Shown: positions 51,186-64,000, counted from the stretch's first letter. The stretch is DNA of 64,000 nt from Octopus bimaculoides (GCF_001194135.2 NC_069000.1:10776912-10840911); one strand, 5' to 3'. The notes: a model not told the origin generated them from the letters alone. Made by a program: numbers and translations.

Positions 51186-51533
51186 ACACTAAAAGGGTAA
51201 AGACCTCCTTCAGTCGTAAATGGCCATGGGATTGCATCTAGAAAGTTACTCTCCGAGGCACTAATCTAGGCATGGTTGTTTATGGAAGACCAGCGGTTGC
51301 CCACGCATGCCAGCCTCCCCTCTCCACACCACCTGCATTATCCAAGGGAAAGGCAAAGGCTGATACAGCTTGGCACCAGGGATGTCACAACTCATTTCTA
51401 CAACTGAGTGAGCTGCAGCGATGTGAAATAAAGTGTCTTGCTCAAGAACACAAAACGCAGCCCTCTCTGGGAATTGAACTCACTACCTCATGGTTGTGAG
51501 CCCAATGCTGTAACCACCGAGCCATGTGCCTTC
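51186..51533 (-). mobile_element. Family D tRNA-derived SINE, full length
   Basis: Reverse head GGCACATGGCTCGGTGGTTA, B-box GTTCAATTCC. Confidence 0.8.
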
Positions 51534-52278
51534 TCATAACACTTTTTTTTTTTTTTCACCCTGTAAAAAGAAAAACAAAAAGAAAAACAAACTGTCCTGG
51601 AGAGAGGAAAAGAGAGATAGATGCTTTCTGAACTCTTAATGATATTCATATATGCAATGGTTAGGCATTTTTTTACATTGGGCCACCACTCACACAGTTT
51701 CTGTCCATTTGGAAAATAGTCTGCAGCAGCACCATCTATGCATTTTATTTTGTTAAAAATCAAAGAGGAGCAAGCAACTGCAATCATTTGAGGTTGCTAT
51801 CATTCATGTAAATTATCCATGCAGTTGGCAAGAAACCAGGCCACTTGATTCTCAGTTTGTTGGGTGAGCTTAATCCATATTGCTATTTCTAATGTTACTA
51901 CTGGTGCTACTTATTACATTATCAGTACTTTTATACAATACGTTCCTACTTTACTGCGTTGCACTAAATTATGTCAGTGTTCAGCTCTTTTGTTTCACAT
52001 TTCCACACTGCATGGCTGTGTGGTAAGAAGCTTGCATCCCAACTACATGGTTCTGGGTTCAGTGTCCCCTATTATCACCTCAGGCTGGCCAAAGTCTTGT
52101 GAGAAGATTTGGTAGATGGAAACTGAAAGAAGCCTGTCGTATATATACGTGTGTGTGTGTTTGTGTGTTTATGTCTGTATTTGCCCCCCCCCCCACACAC
52201 ACACACTGCTTGAAAACCAAGCCCCATAACTTAGCAATTCAATGGAATAAGTACCAGCTTAAAAGAAAAAATTCTGGA

Positions 52279-53050
52279 GGTGCAGGAGTGGCTGTGTGGT
52301 NNNNNNNNNNNNNNNNNNNNNNNNNNNNNNNNNNNNNNNNNNNNNNNNNNNNNNNNNNNNNNNNNNNNNNNNNNNNNNNNNNNNNNNNNNNNNNNNNNNN
52401 NNNNNNNNNNNNNNNNNNNNNNNNNNNNNNNNNNNNNNNNNNNNNNNNNNNNNNNNNNNNNNNNNNNNNNNNNNNNNNNNNNNNNNNNNNNNNNNNNNNN
52501 NNNNNNNNNNNNNNNNNNNNNNNNNNNNNNNNNNNNNNNNNNNNNNNNNNNNNNNNNNNNNNNNNNNNNNNNNNNNNNNNNNNNNNNNNNNNNNNNNNNN
52601 NNNNNNNNNNNNNNNNNNNNNNNNNNNNNNNNNNNNNNNNNNNNNNNNNNNNNNNNNNNNNNNNNNNNNNNNNNNNNNNNNNNNNNNNNNNNNNNNNNNN
52701 NNNNNNNNNNNNNNNNNNNNNNNNNNNNNNNNNNNNNNNNNNNNNNNNNNNNNNNNNNNNNNNNNNNNNNNNNNNNNNNNNNNNNNNNNNNNNNNNNNNN
52801 NNNNNNNNNNNGCTGGTGTGTTTACGTCCCCATAACCTAGCAGTTCGGCAAAAAAAAACTGATAGAATAAGTACTAGGCTTACAAAGAATAAGTCCTGGG
52901 GTCGATTTGCTTGACTAAAGGCAGTGCTCCAGCATGGCCGTAGTCAAATGACTGAAACAAGTAAAAGAGTAATCAATTTGACTTAGAATTCTTGAAGGCG
53001 GTGCTCCAGCATGGCCACAGTCAAATGACTGAAACAAGTAAAAGAATTAA
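52279..53050 (+). mobile_element. Family A SINE across an N-gap, with a second tail copy at 52990-53050
   Basis: Head at 52279; two GTGCTCCAGCATGGCC..GACTGAAACAAGTAAAAGA tails. Confidence 0.8.
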
Positions 53051-53702
53051 AGAATACTATATCAGAATGACCGGTTAGGCGAAGATCTTAGGTCAAAGTC
53101 TTCTTGTGTTAAGAACCTTTAGAGACACAGAAAGGCTTGAATAAGAGCGCGTTTTTAAATGCCAATAACATTACTGAGCTCTATTATTTAATTGATATGG
53201 TGTGTCTTTTAAAACCCGTCCTTCCTGACAGTATTTAGTCTCAGTAGAATCCTAACTAATGTTTACAAGTAAATTATCTTCGAGGATGTTGAATTCTTTT
53301 GGGATTTGAATTTACCACCAGGATGTCATGTAAATTAGATTTGCATTGTGCATGTAGCCACACAGATCGATCATGTTACTTGAAGAGAAACGAATAATGT
53401 CATAGATTTTCGACTATAATAAATGAGCATATTAATTGCATTTTTAATTATGAACTTTGAACGAAGGACGGATGGATGAGTGGATGGGCGGGTGGATGAT
53501 TTGATTTTGATTTTGATGTGTTACATCATGCTCCCATGTTCACGAAATATCTTCTTCGTTTTCCTCATTATTTTTCAATAGGTTAATCATTAATTTGGTT
53601 ATAAATAATTGAGCAAATTTTTATTTCCGGATTCATCACATTGTGCTGGCCTTGTAAAATATTCAGTGAATTAGGCTGAACATTGGATGTCAGTGTGACT
53701 TT

Positions 53703-53704
<2 letters not shown>

Positions 53705-53796
<92 letters not shown>

Positions 53797-53820
53797 CATG
53801 CATACCACACACACACACAC
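53705..53820. repeat. (CA)n microsatellite
   Basis: Long near-perfect run. Confidence 0.95.
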
Positions 53821-54170
53821 AGAGAAATATATACACAGCATACATGTACGTATACAGATACTCACGCAATATGCGGTTGCTTGAACTGCAGCAGATCCTA
53901 GATGTTTAATATGGGTGTGCCAAATATCACAAGTATCATGACTATTTTCTGTATCTAGTGATATGTGTTGTGAGAGAATAAAATAGTAGTTTGTTATTCT
54001 TACTTCAGTATTTTTAATTTGTTTCATTCATTTACTCTGCTCTTTTTACTTTTTTTTTTCTTTTTTTTTTTTTTCGTGCGAGACCTGAGATTTATTGCAC
54101 TTATAGTTGCTTAATGTATAAATATAGATTCCTTTTAATTACATACTCAACCAATCCTTGAACCAACAAA

Positions 54171-54201
<31 letters not shown>

Positions 54202-54374
54202 TATAGTCCATTTAATCAACACTTGCTCTGTTACTGGTATTTGATTCACCAATTTCAGGCAGATAAGAACCAAATCAGGCCCTGGAGGAGGATTTTAAAC
54301 TCTGAACAGTGCAATTCTATAAAGCATACAGTTGGGTGTAGCATTTTTCTTATTTCCACTACTTAGAAAATATG

Positions 54375-54825
54375 ACTACGTGGTTAAGAAGCTTGCTTTG
54401 CAACTATGTGGTTTCTGGTTCAGTTCCACAGCATGGTACCTTGGGAAAGTGTCTTCTGCTATGGCCCTGGGTCAGCCAATGCTTTGTGAGTTAATTTGAT
54501 AGACAGAAACTGCATAAGGCGGCGAGTTGGCAGAATTGTTCAACGGGCGAAATGCTTAACAGTATTTCGTCTGCCGCTGTTCTGAGTTCAAATTCCACCG
54601 AGGTCGACTTTGCCTTTCATCCTTTCATCCTTCCATCATCACTTAACAACCGGTCTTGGTGTGTTTAGATCCCCGTAACTTAACGATTCAGCAAAAGAAC
54701 CAACAGAATAAGTACTAAGCTTAAAAAATAAGTCCTAGGGTCGATTTGTTTGATTGAAATCCTTCAAGGCAGTGCTCCAGCATGGCCACAGTCAAATGAC
54801 TGAAACAAAAGAATAAAAGAATAAA
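54375..54825 (+). mobile_element. Family A SINE with a family B 5' part inserted (54518-54630)
   Basis: GGCGGCGAGTTGGCAGAATTGTT head sits in the middle of the A body. Confidence 0.75.
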
Positions 54826-54930
54826 ATAACCAATTGCTTCTTCACATTCCTATGGTTATTGCCATCAACTTTGTTTTTCATTCTCAACGACTAAGTGTGG
54901 TTATATAACTGCATTTTAAACATAATACTT

Positions 54931-55165
54931 TTAACCCTTTTGATACCAACTCACCTAGGACCACCCTTTGGCTCGATGATAGAAACTTTCTGTTTTGAAG
55001 TGATCTAAATTAAAGCCCCCTGTCAAAATTTCATGTAAATTTATGCTCCAAACACCAGTTTAATAATATTGACAAAGTTCTTTGAACTAAATTGTCCATT
55101 AATTTCCAAATTGATTGAAACAAAGGCAGTGTAATTCAACAGAGATATGGCAATGAAAGCATTAA
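54931..55165. mobile_element. TTAA MITE related to M2 (family M4), diverged
   Basis: TTAACCCTTTTGATACCAAC start, CAATGAAAGCA-TTAA end; shares ATTTATG.TCC.AA.AC.AG with M2. Confidence 0.6.
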
Positions 55166-55227
55166 CAATATAGTATCTTTGTAGATGCATTCATATATGT
55201 GTTTGTATGTACATGCCTGAAAACAAG

Positions 55228-55262
<35 letters not shown>

Positions 55263-55273
55263 ATATATATATA

Positions 55274-55992
55274 TAGGAAAATGAAGAATAAGGCAGAATG
55301 CTAAACTGGAAGCATATTTTAATAAAGATTTCTAACCGGCTTTCATTGCGAAGCAAATTTTCAAGAAGGAGAATGAAAATGTTTTTTTTACAAAGAAGTA
55401 CAAAATGAAGAAAATAATATATAAAAAAATAAACATACCAATACATTATATTGTTTTTGAGCTTTTAAAGTTCAATGGTAATTCATGTAGATAATGGTTG
55501 GAAAAATAAGGATGCATGGCAATTGAGTTTTGTTAGGTTTTAAAAAAGGGTTAAAAGTTTGTGTTAAGCAGAAAGTATGGTGACAAATCTTTTTAGTTGG
55601 AGTTATGAAAAAGAGTTCATAACTCCAACTAAAAAGATTTGACTCCCCTTACACACACTTCCTGTTTTGACACCACACTTCCAGCTTAACACAAACTTTT
55701 AGCTCCTTTTCTCTTTTTTTAAACCTAACACAACTCAATTTCCATGCATCCTTATTTTTCCAACCATTATCTACATGGATTACCATTGAACTTCAAAAGC
55801 TCAAAGACAATATAATGTATTGGTATGTTTATTTTTTTTATATATTATTTTCTTCATTTTGTACTTCTTTGTAAAAAACACTTTCATTCTCCCTCTTCTT
55901 GAAAATTTGCTTCACAATGAAAACCAGTTAGAAATCTTTATTAAAATATGCTTCCAGTTTAGCATTCTGCCTTATTCTTCTTCATTTTCCTA
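55274..55992. repeat. Long palindrome / fold-back element (~720 bp)
   Basis: Arms of ~330 and ~380 bp are reverse complements; perfect 26-bp central stem with 6-nt loop. Confidence 0.93.
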
Positions 55993-56268
55993 TTATTTCT
56001 CCACGTGCGGTTAATACAACCCCACTATTTACTGACTTATATATATATATGTATGTATGTATATGAATGAAAGAGAGAGAAAAAATGAAAGTAACAATGA
56101 ACTCAAAAGTAACCTTTATAAAAAGCAAGCTGAACTTTGTAATAAGTTGAAATATTATTCAAATAGTGATCGTAAAGTTCTTTCAAATGCTAGAGTGAAA
56201 GAAAAAAGAGCTAGAGGAAGAGAATGAGGTATGCAAACTGATAACAAAAAGAGAGTGAGGAAAGCGTG

Positions 56269-56310
<42 letters not shown>

Positions 56311-56737
56311 TATTCTCCAAGTTGTTAGTAATGCCTGAAATCACTTTAAATCCTTAAGCTAGTTAGCTCAATAGTTTTAATCGCAGTTGCTTGTATAATC
56401 AGCAATTATTAACCCATTGTGTGATGGGGCGGGGAAAATAGTGCAGAAATATAAATAAATAAATAAATAAATAGATGATAATAATTCCTGCATATTTTAA
56501 AGTGTTAGCTAACTCTATTGTATTCCAGTGTTTTCTCTTGGCAGGCAAAATTGAAAATACTAACAGGTTCATTTAAAAAAAAGAGCCACCTAACCATTAT
56601 TTATTTATTATATATATTTTTTTTAATGGTTTGGTCTGTAGCATGAGGCTGTGCCTGTGGGTTCCACTGGTCCTCCAAGACTGGTGAGATAAGGGTTTTT
56701 TTTTCTTTTTTAATTGTTGCAAAAAGAGAAGCATGGG

Positions 56738-57795
56738 TAAAGCTGTAGCTGTGTGGTTAAGAAGCTTGCTTTGCAACCACATACTTTCAGGTTCAATTCT
56801 ACCGCATGACACCTTGGGCAAGTGTCTTCTACTATAGCCCCTGGCCGACCTATGCTGTATGAGTGAATTTGTTAGACAGAAACTGTATGGTAGCACATTG
56901 TTTTTGTGTATGTATGTATGTATGTATNNNNNNNNNNNNNNNNNNNNNNNNNNNNNNNNNNNNNNNNNNNNNNNNNNNNNNNNNNNNNNNNNNNNNNNNN
57001 NNNNNNNNNNNNNNNNNNNNNNNNNNNNNNNNNNNNNNNNNNNNNNNNNNNNNNNNNNNNNNNNNNNNNNNNNNNNNNNNNNNNNNNNNNNNNNNNNNNN
57101 NNNNNNNNNNNNNNNNNNNNNNNNNNNNNNNNNNNNNNNNNNNNNNNNNNNNNNNNNNNNNNNNNNNNNNNNNNNNNNNNNNNNNNNNNNNNNNNNNNNN
57201 NNNNNNNNNNNNNNNNNNNNNNNNNNNNNNNNNNNNNNNNNNNNNNNNNNNNNNNNNNNNNNNNNNNNNNNNNNNNNNNNNNNNNNNNNNNNNNNNNNNN
57301 NNNNNNNNNNNNNNNNNNNNNNNNNNNNNNNNNNNNNNNNNNNNNNNNNNNNNNNNNNNNNNNNNNNNNNNNNNNNNNNNNNNNNNNNNNNNNNNNNNNN
57401 NNNNNNNNNNNNNNNNNNNNNNNNNNNNNNNNNNNNNNNNNNNNNNNNNNNNNNNNNNNNNNNNNNNNNNNNNNNNNNNNNNNNNNNNNNNGACAGAAAC
57501 TGTATGGTAGCACATTGTTTTTGTGTATGTATGTATGTATGTATACACATGCACACACACACACACACATACATGCAATTTTGTGTCTGTTTATTCCCTG
57601 CCACCACCATTAAATAACTGGTCTTTGTCTGTTTACATCCCTGTAACTTAGTAGTTCAGCAAAAAAAGATCAACAGAATAAGTACCAGACTTCAAAAAAA
57701 AATCAAAAGTACTGGGATCAATATGTTTGACTAAAAAGCCTTCAAGGTGGTGCTGTAGCATGGCTGTAGTCCAATGAGTGAAACAAGTAAAAGAT
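56738..57795 (+). mobile_element. Family A SINE across an N-gap
   Basis: Head region before and tail region after the gap. Confidence 0.75.
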
Positions 57796-58456
57796 AAAAG
57801 GAAGGAATTCCAGAGAGGTAAAAACGAATTGGGAGTAGTGGTTAGTGCAAGGCACAGGGTGGGTGAGCACAATATGGGTCGATGAGAGATGAGTAATCGA
57901 GCGAGTAAAGTGACTCATTCAGTTTTTTGTATAGGGTTAATAACCGTTGACTGAAAAGAAAGGCAGTCTTTTTGCTTTGTTCTGAGTGCTTTCTTAGTTT
58001 GGCACAGGACCAGCAATTTTGAGGGGTAGGGTGGGGGAAAGTTGATTGCATCAACCCTAGTGCATACTCGATTGGTACTTTTTTTTTTTTTTTTATCCAC
58101 CCTGGAAGGATGAAAGGCGAAGTTGACCTCAGTGGAATTTGAACTCGGAACATGAAGAGTCAGAAGATAATAATACTCTAATGAGTTTGGTAGTTCACCA
58201 CCTTCAGGTGCGGCTTGATATTTGTAGCAAAGGCATGTGGCTTAGTGGTTAGAGTATTCAGCTCACAATCGTAAGGTCATGGGTTCAATTCCCAGNNNNN
58301 NNNNNTTTTTTTTTTTTTTATCCACCCTGGAAGGATGAAAGGCGAAGTTGACCTCAGTGGAATTTGAACTCGGAACATGAAGAGTCAGAAGATAATAATA
58401 CTCTAATGAGTTTGGTAGTTCACCACCTTCAGGTGCGGCTTGATATTTGTAGCAAA

Positions 58457-58778
58457 GGCATGTGGCTTAGTGGTTAGAGTATTCAGCTCACAATCGTAAG
58501 GTCATGGGTTCAATTCCCAGCGATGCGTTGTGTCCTTGAGCAAGACACTTTATTTCACATTGCTCCTGTTCACTCAACTGGCAAAAATGAATAGTACTAG
58601 TATTTCAAAGGGCCAGCTTTGTCACATCCTATATCATGCTGAATCTCCCTGAGAACTACATTAAGGGTACGCATGTCTATGGAGTGCTCAACGACTTGTG
58701 TGTTAATTTCGTGAGCAGGTTGCTCTGTTGATCGGAGCAACTGGAACCCTCCTCCACCTCGTAACTGACGGAGTGCCA
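58457..58778 (+). mobile_element. Family C SINE
   Basis: GGCATGTGGCTTAGTGGTTAG head, GACGGAGTGCCA tail. Confidence 0.85.
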
Positions 58779-59690
58779 GACATTTATAGTATTTTTCAGG
58801 GTGTTTTATGATGATTGGGAAGGTGAATGAGCAGGATAGAGATTCGTTTTCTTGGAGTAGTGACTGTCTTTGTGCTCTTGAATGAAATAAGATCGACAAG
58901 ACTGCTTTGGAACATGTTTACAAAGTCTCTGCTCATGGAGCCAGTACATTAAACAGCATATCAGTCAGCATTTAAATCTGTTGCAGACTGAGCTGTGTGG
59001 TTCAATATAGTGGTGTTTGGTCTACTGCAGTGTTTTTTTAAATTTTTTTTTTATATATATTCATGAAAAATTTACCATGTTAATTTGACAAACATCGAGA
59101 TAAGCTCTAATGATCTTTCAGGCTGATGCTAGTTAAGCTTTTCAGTGTAAATGAAATAAAAATGTTAGTCTTATTTCCCTCTATCCAGTTAGTGTGGATA
59201 TGCTATTACAATTTTAAGTTTTAAAACTTATAGCTCTCACTTTTACAAGAGAGAAAAATGGTTTTTAACTCAGGAAAATGTATCCTTCTTTATTCAAGAT
59301 GTCAGGGTATAATTTTGAGAGGGATTTTGGTTACTGTTTCTTGCAGGTCAGACAGCTGCATAGAGGTCCCCTCCCCGCCTCCCAACTAACTTGTTTATTA
59401 ATTAGTCAGAAAGGGGTGGTGCAGTCTCCACAGCCTTTGAAAGTTCTGCACTAGATAATATGGAAAACAGGTTGGAATGAATAGTTGATATTTAGCTTTT
59501 TACTTTTGCATGTTCACACACAAACACAGGAACACAACAAGCGCATAAATGCACGTGTGCACACATATGTGTTGGTTGTAGTGCTGGGAGAAGAGAACTA
59601 GGAGATGCATTTAGTATAAAATATGAGTGAGATGCTGTGAAGGTTATGCAGCTGTATACACATACAGCTGGCTAGCATGGAGCAGACAAA

Positions 59691-59725
<35 letters not shown>

Positions 59726-59934
59726 AATAGCAGCAGCAGTTGTAGAGTGAGGAACAACCTGGTTGAACAGAGTTATTGAGTGAAGGTTTCTTTTCAGAAA
59801 CACTTTCAACAGTACATCAAATAACGTACAAATACTGTAAGGTCAGTGGTTTAAAGTAGTTAGTTTAGCATTTCTTGATTCCTGGAAGTGAGGAGACATC
59901 AGACGATTGCATCTCACATATTGTGTGTACATAT

Positions 59935-60270
59935 GGGTGCAGGCATCGATGTTTGCCAAGAAGCTTGCTTCCCGACCATGTGGTGCCACTGTGTGACACC
60001 CTGGGCAAGTGTTTTCTACTACAGCCCCAGGCCAACCAAAGTCTTGTGAGTGGATTTGGTAAACAGAAACTGAAAGAAGTCTGTCATATATATATATGTG
60101 TGTGTGTGTCTTTGTCTTCCACCACCATTTGAGTACTGGTGTTGGTATGTTTACCAACTTAGCAGTTCAGCAAAAGATACAGGTAGAATAAGTACAGGGG
60201 TTGATTCATTCAACTTAAAAATTCTTGAAGTCAGTGCTCCAGCATGGCTGCAGTTAAATGACTGAAACAA
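59935..60270 (+). mobile_element. Family A SINE, diverged
   Basis: Colinear with internal deletions. Confidence 0.7.
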
Positions 60271-60272
60271 AA

Positions 60273-60353
<81 letters not shown>

Positions 60354-60951
60354 CATACATACATATGTGTATGCATATATATATATATATACATGTGTAT
60401 TATGTATATATGTGAACAAGTAAGAATGGCAGATACATCTAGTAAAGAGAACAACAAAAAAATTCTCAAATGTGTGCATGTATGCGCACGTGTATGCACG
60501 CGCACAGAAATGTATGCATGAACACACATATCAATACAGATGTTTCTGTACTGATATTTGTCGAGTGGTGTCATGCGAGCAAATACACATTTGCATGCTT
60601 GAGCATGTAGATGTGTGCATATGAAAACAACAGTTGCTTCGTTTAGTAAAGCGACACTGTGTCTATGAACTTCCTAGTGCCCTGGAGGCATCTACTATTA
60701 CACCAGCGATGAGAAATCTCGTAAAACCTCGAGTAATAAGGCTGTGACAGAGCTTTTTTTTTTTTGTATTTTTATATTTTTTCGAGCTTTTTTTTTAATC
60801 TTTTTCCTTAGTTGGTTTAATAAAATAGATATTAAAAAAAAAGAACCGCGAAATACATAAGTTTTTGCACAGAAGTAATTTTGAATAGGTTGTGTGTGCG
60901 AGAGTGTGAATATATATACAAGTTCTTTTGTTTAAATACTGAAATTTGCTA

Positions 60952-60990
<39 letters not shown>

Positions 60991-61424
60991 CTCTGTGCTT
61001 GGCTGGATCTATCTTGTTCATGCTTTCTCAGGTTTTCCTTTAGCAGATTTTAAGTATCATGTCTTCTCCCCCACCCCACCAACCCAAGCTGCCTATGTAA
61101 TCCGTTCATGGCTTATTAGATGTTTTTTTTTTGTTTTTTTGGGGGGGGCTTTTTTTTTGTTTTGGTTTGTTTTATTTTGTCTTGTCATTTTGCTTTGCTG
61201 TTTTCCTTTGAGTTTTTTTTTTTTTTTTCACTTATTATTTTGTTGTGAAATTAGTTCAGCTCCTGAGTGTATGTAGTATGATGTGGGTCTGTGATTACAT
61301 GTGTGAATTCAAAACAAGTTGTATTCAGCATTTTCTTTTATAAAAATAACGATACAAAAGACATTATGGTGAGTGGATGTGGTGGTGGTGGTGGTGGTGG
61401 TGGTAACTGGCATAATAATAATGT

Positions 61425-62185
61425 TTTCAAATTTTGCCACAAGGGCAGCACTTTTGGGGTGGCGGGGTATGGCAACTCGATTGCATTGATCCTGGTGTTC
61501 AACTGGTACTTATATTATCAACCCCGAAAGGATCAGTACTTTTGGGGTGGCGGGGTATGGTAACTCGATTGCATTGATCCTGGTGTTCAACTGGTACTTA
61601 TATTATCAACCCCGAAAGGATTAAAGGCAAAGTCGACCTTGGTGGAATTTGAACTCAGAACATAAAGACAGACGAAATGCTGCTAAGCATTTTGCCCAGC
61701 GTGCTAACGATTCTGCCAGCCTGCTGTTTTAACTGGAATACTAATAATAATAATAATAATAATAATAATCCTTTCTACTGGAAGCACATGGCCTCAAATT
61801 TGGGAGAAGGGATTAAGTCGATTACATCGACCCCAGTGCGTAACTGGTACTTATTTAATCGACTCGAAAAGGATTAAAGGCAAAGTCGACCTCGGCATTT
61901 TGTCTGATGCAATAACGATTCGTCCAACTCGCTACTTTCAGTAATAATAATAATAATAATAATAACAACAATAATAATACTAATAATAATGGCTTCAGAT
62001 TTTTGGTAGGAGGGGGTAAGTCAATTACATCGACCCCAGTGTTCAACCGGTACTTATTTTATCGACTCCTGAAAGGATGAAAGGTAAAGTTGACCTCAGC
62101 TCTATTTGAACTCAGAACATAAAGAAGAACAAAACCTGCTAAGCGTTTTTGTCTGGCATGCTAACAATTCTGCCAGCTTGCTGCC
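61425..62185 (-). mobile_element. Cluster of three same-orientation family B SINEs separated by (AAT)n
   Basis: Copies at about 61425-61722, 61755-61935 and 61990-62185. Confidence 0.82.
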
Positions 62186-62187
<2 letters not shown>

Positions 62188-62240
<53 letters not shown>

Positions 62241-62325
62241 TGGTGGTGGTGGTGGTGGTAGTGGTTGTAGTGGTTGTAGTGGTAGTAGTAGTGGTAGTGG
62301 TAGTGGTAGTTGTTGTAGTTATTGT
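62188..62325. repeat. Compound (TAG)n/(TGG)n microsatellite
   Basis: Direct inspection. Confidence 0.95.
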
Positions 62326-62988
62326 TGTTTCTGACATAGGCACATAGCCAACGATTTGAGTTGGGGTGGAACACGTGGTTGTACTGACCCTACGTATTTG
62401 ACCCTTAGTTTTATTTTTTATTGATCCAGGAGGAAACAAAAACAATGTAAGTCGAGGCAAGATTTCGAACATGAAGTAGATACCGAAAGATGCTTTTTTG
62501 TTCAGTGCTTTACCATGATAACATTAATAATAGCTGTAGCAATAAATATAATGATCGAGATACCTGTGGATGAACGTAAATTAATGATGATTGTGATTGT
62601 GATTGCGATTATAATCATGTTGATCATTATGGTGATGAGAGCAGTTACAGTGGTCGTTTCGTTGCTCATAATTGAAAGTACCATTGCAATGTGTGTCATG
62701 AAATCTTTAGCACTGCATCTAAAGGGATTTTGTATCACATAACATCCCCTTTCTCTCTTCTCTCCTTCTCCTTCTCTCCTCCTCCTTCCCCCCTATTTAC
62801 ACCAAAAGCTCCGTTCTATTTTTGGTGATATCAGAAACTCTTCACGCATTTCAGCTATGTTACTAAAGAAATCTTCGCTCACAGAAAAGAAAGATGTCTA
62901 GCACAAAAACAACTAAGCTGTCATTTCACAAACATTTATGTTATGTTCTTGTATATCTTTCATCTTTTTCTTTCCCTCTCCATCTATC

Positions 62989-63036
<48 letters not shown>

Positions 63037-64000
63037 TACATAAGTGTATGTATTATATATATATANNNNNNNNNNNNNNNNNNNNNNNNNNNNNNNNNNN
63101 NNNNNNNNNNNNNNNNNNNNNNNNNNNNNNNNNNNNNNNNNNNNNNNNNNNNNNNNNNNNNNNNNNNNNNNNNNNNNNNNNNNNNNNNNNNNNNNNNNNN
63201 NNNNNNNNNNNNNNNNNNNNNNNNNNNNNNNNNNNNNNNNNNNNNNNNNNNNNNNNNNNNNNNNNNNNNNNNNNNNNNNNNNNNNNNNNNNNNNNNNNNN
63301 NNNNNNNNNNNNNNNNNNNNNNNNNNNNNNNNNNNNNNNNNNNNNNNNNNNNNNNNNNNNNNNNNNNNNNNNNNNNNNNNNNNNNNNNNNNNNNNNNNNN
63401 NNNNNNNNNNNNNNNNNNNNNNNNNNNNNNNNNNNNNNNNNNNNNNNNNNNNNNNNNNNNNNNNNNNNNNNNNNNNNNNNNNNNNNNNNNNNNNNNNNNN
63501 NNNNNNNNNNNNNNNNNNTATATATATATATATATATATACACTTGTTGTTTCAGTTGCTCTGTGGCCATGCTGGGGCAGCACCTTGGTGGGTTTTAGTC
63601 ATCTGTATCAATTTCAGTACTTATTTTAACCATTAATATTTATTGCACTGCTAAGTTAAGGATGATAGACAGTTGCTGTATGTTTGTCTTTCTGTTGGTG
63701 TCAGATCTAAGCAGGCAAAGCAGCATACATACAAACACACACACACACACACACACACTCTCTTACATGTATGTAGACCACCTCCCAACCACATGCCTCT
63801 GGTTCAATCCTCCACAGAACACCTTCGGCAAGTGGGCCAACCAAAACCTTGGGAGTAGATTTGGTAGATGGAAACTGAACGAAGCTCATCATGTATACTG
63901 GAGTTGGCTGTCTCTTTGCGTTGACCTTGTGCTATACCTGCAAACGAGCATGACTGCATTACAAGCTATGTCATTCATTTCTAATCTTTCTGGGGAGACC

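Noticed and set aside
55261-56014. Two similar ORFs on opposite strands (…LENLL…EIFIKICFQFSILPYSS)
   Set aside because: Consequence of the palindrome, not paralogous genes
56875-57543. Identical ~52-bp sequence either side of a long gap
   Set aside because: Probably overlap or collapse at a microsatellite; cannot be resolved without reads
58081-58520. Exact 215-bp direct repeat
   Set aside because: Copies flank a 10-N gap (58296-58305); typical unmerged contig overlap
62102-62472. Poly-Thr/Tyr/Ser ORFs (also 47039-47398, 21343-21624)
   Set aside because: Translations of trinucleotide microsatellites

Overview
AT-rich, microsatellite-dense eukaryotic DNA with about 15 N-gaps. The repeat families and low-complexity style point to an octopus draft assembly (inference from recognising the repeats). 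I find no confidently supported intact protein-coding exon, tRNA, rRNA or CRISPR array; nearly all ORFs in the track are translations of (CA)n/(TA)n/trinucleotide repeats, SINEs or gaps. The window looks like intron or intergenic DNA filled with: (1) several tRNA-headed SINE families and an RTE-tailed element, which I label A-E (labels are mine); (2) at least four families of TTAA-flanked, CCCTTT-ended piggyBac-type MITEs, some nested or in tandem; (3) a Helentron-associated (HINE/DINE-1-like) element; (4) an internally deleted, dead mariner; (5) decayed RTE and CR1-like LINE fragments. I see no clearly new biological system. The most unusual structures are a ~720-bp near-perfect palindrome (55274-55992), a ~235-bp fold-back centred on an RTE tail (11189-11423), self-targeting TTAA MITE clusters, many inverted-repeat pairs that could form dsRNA, and a weak candidate first exon on the minus strand (21217-21243). 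Repeat boundaries and identities are estimated by eye.
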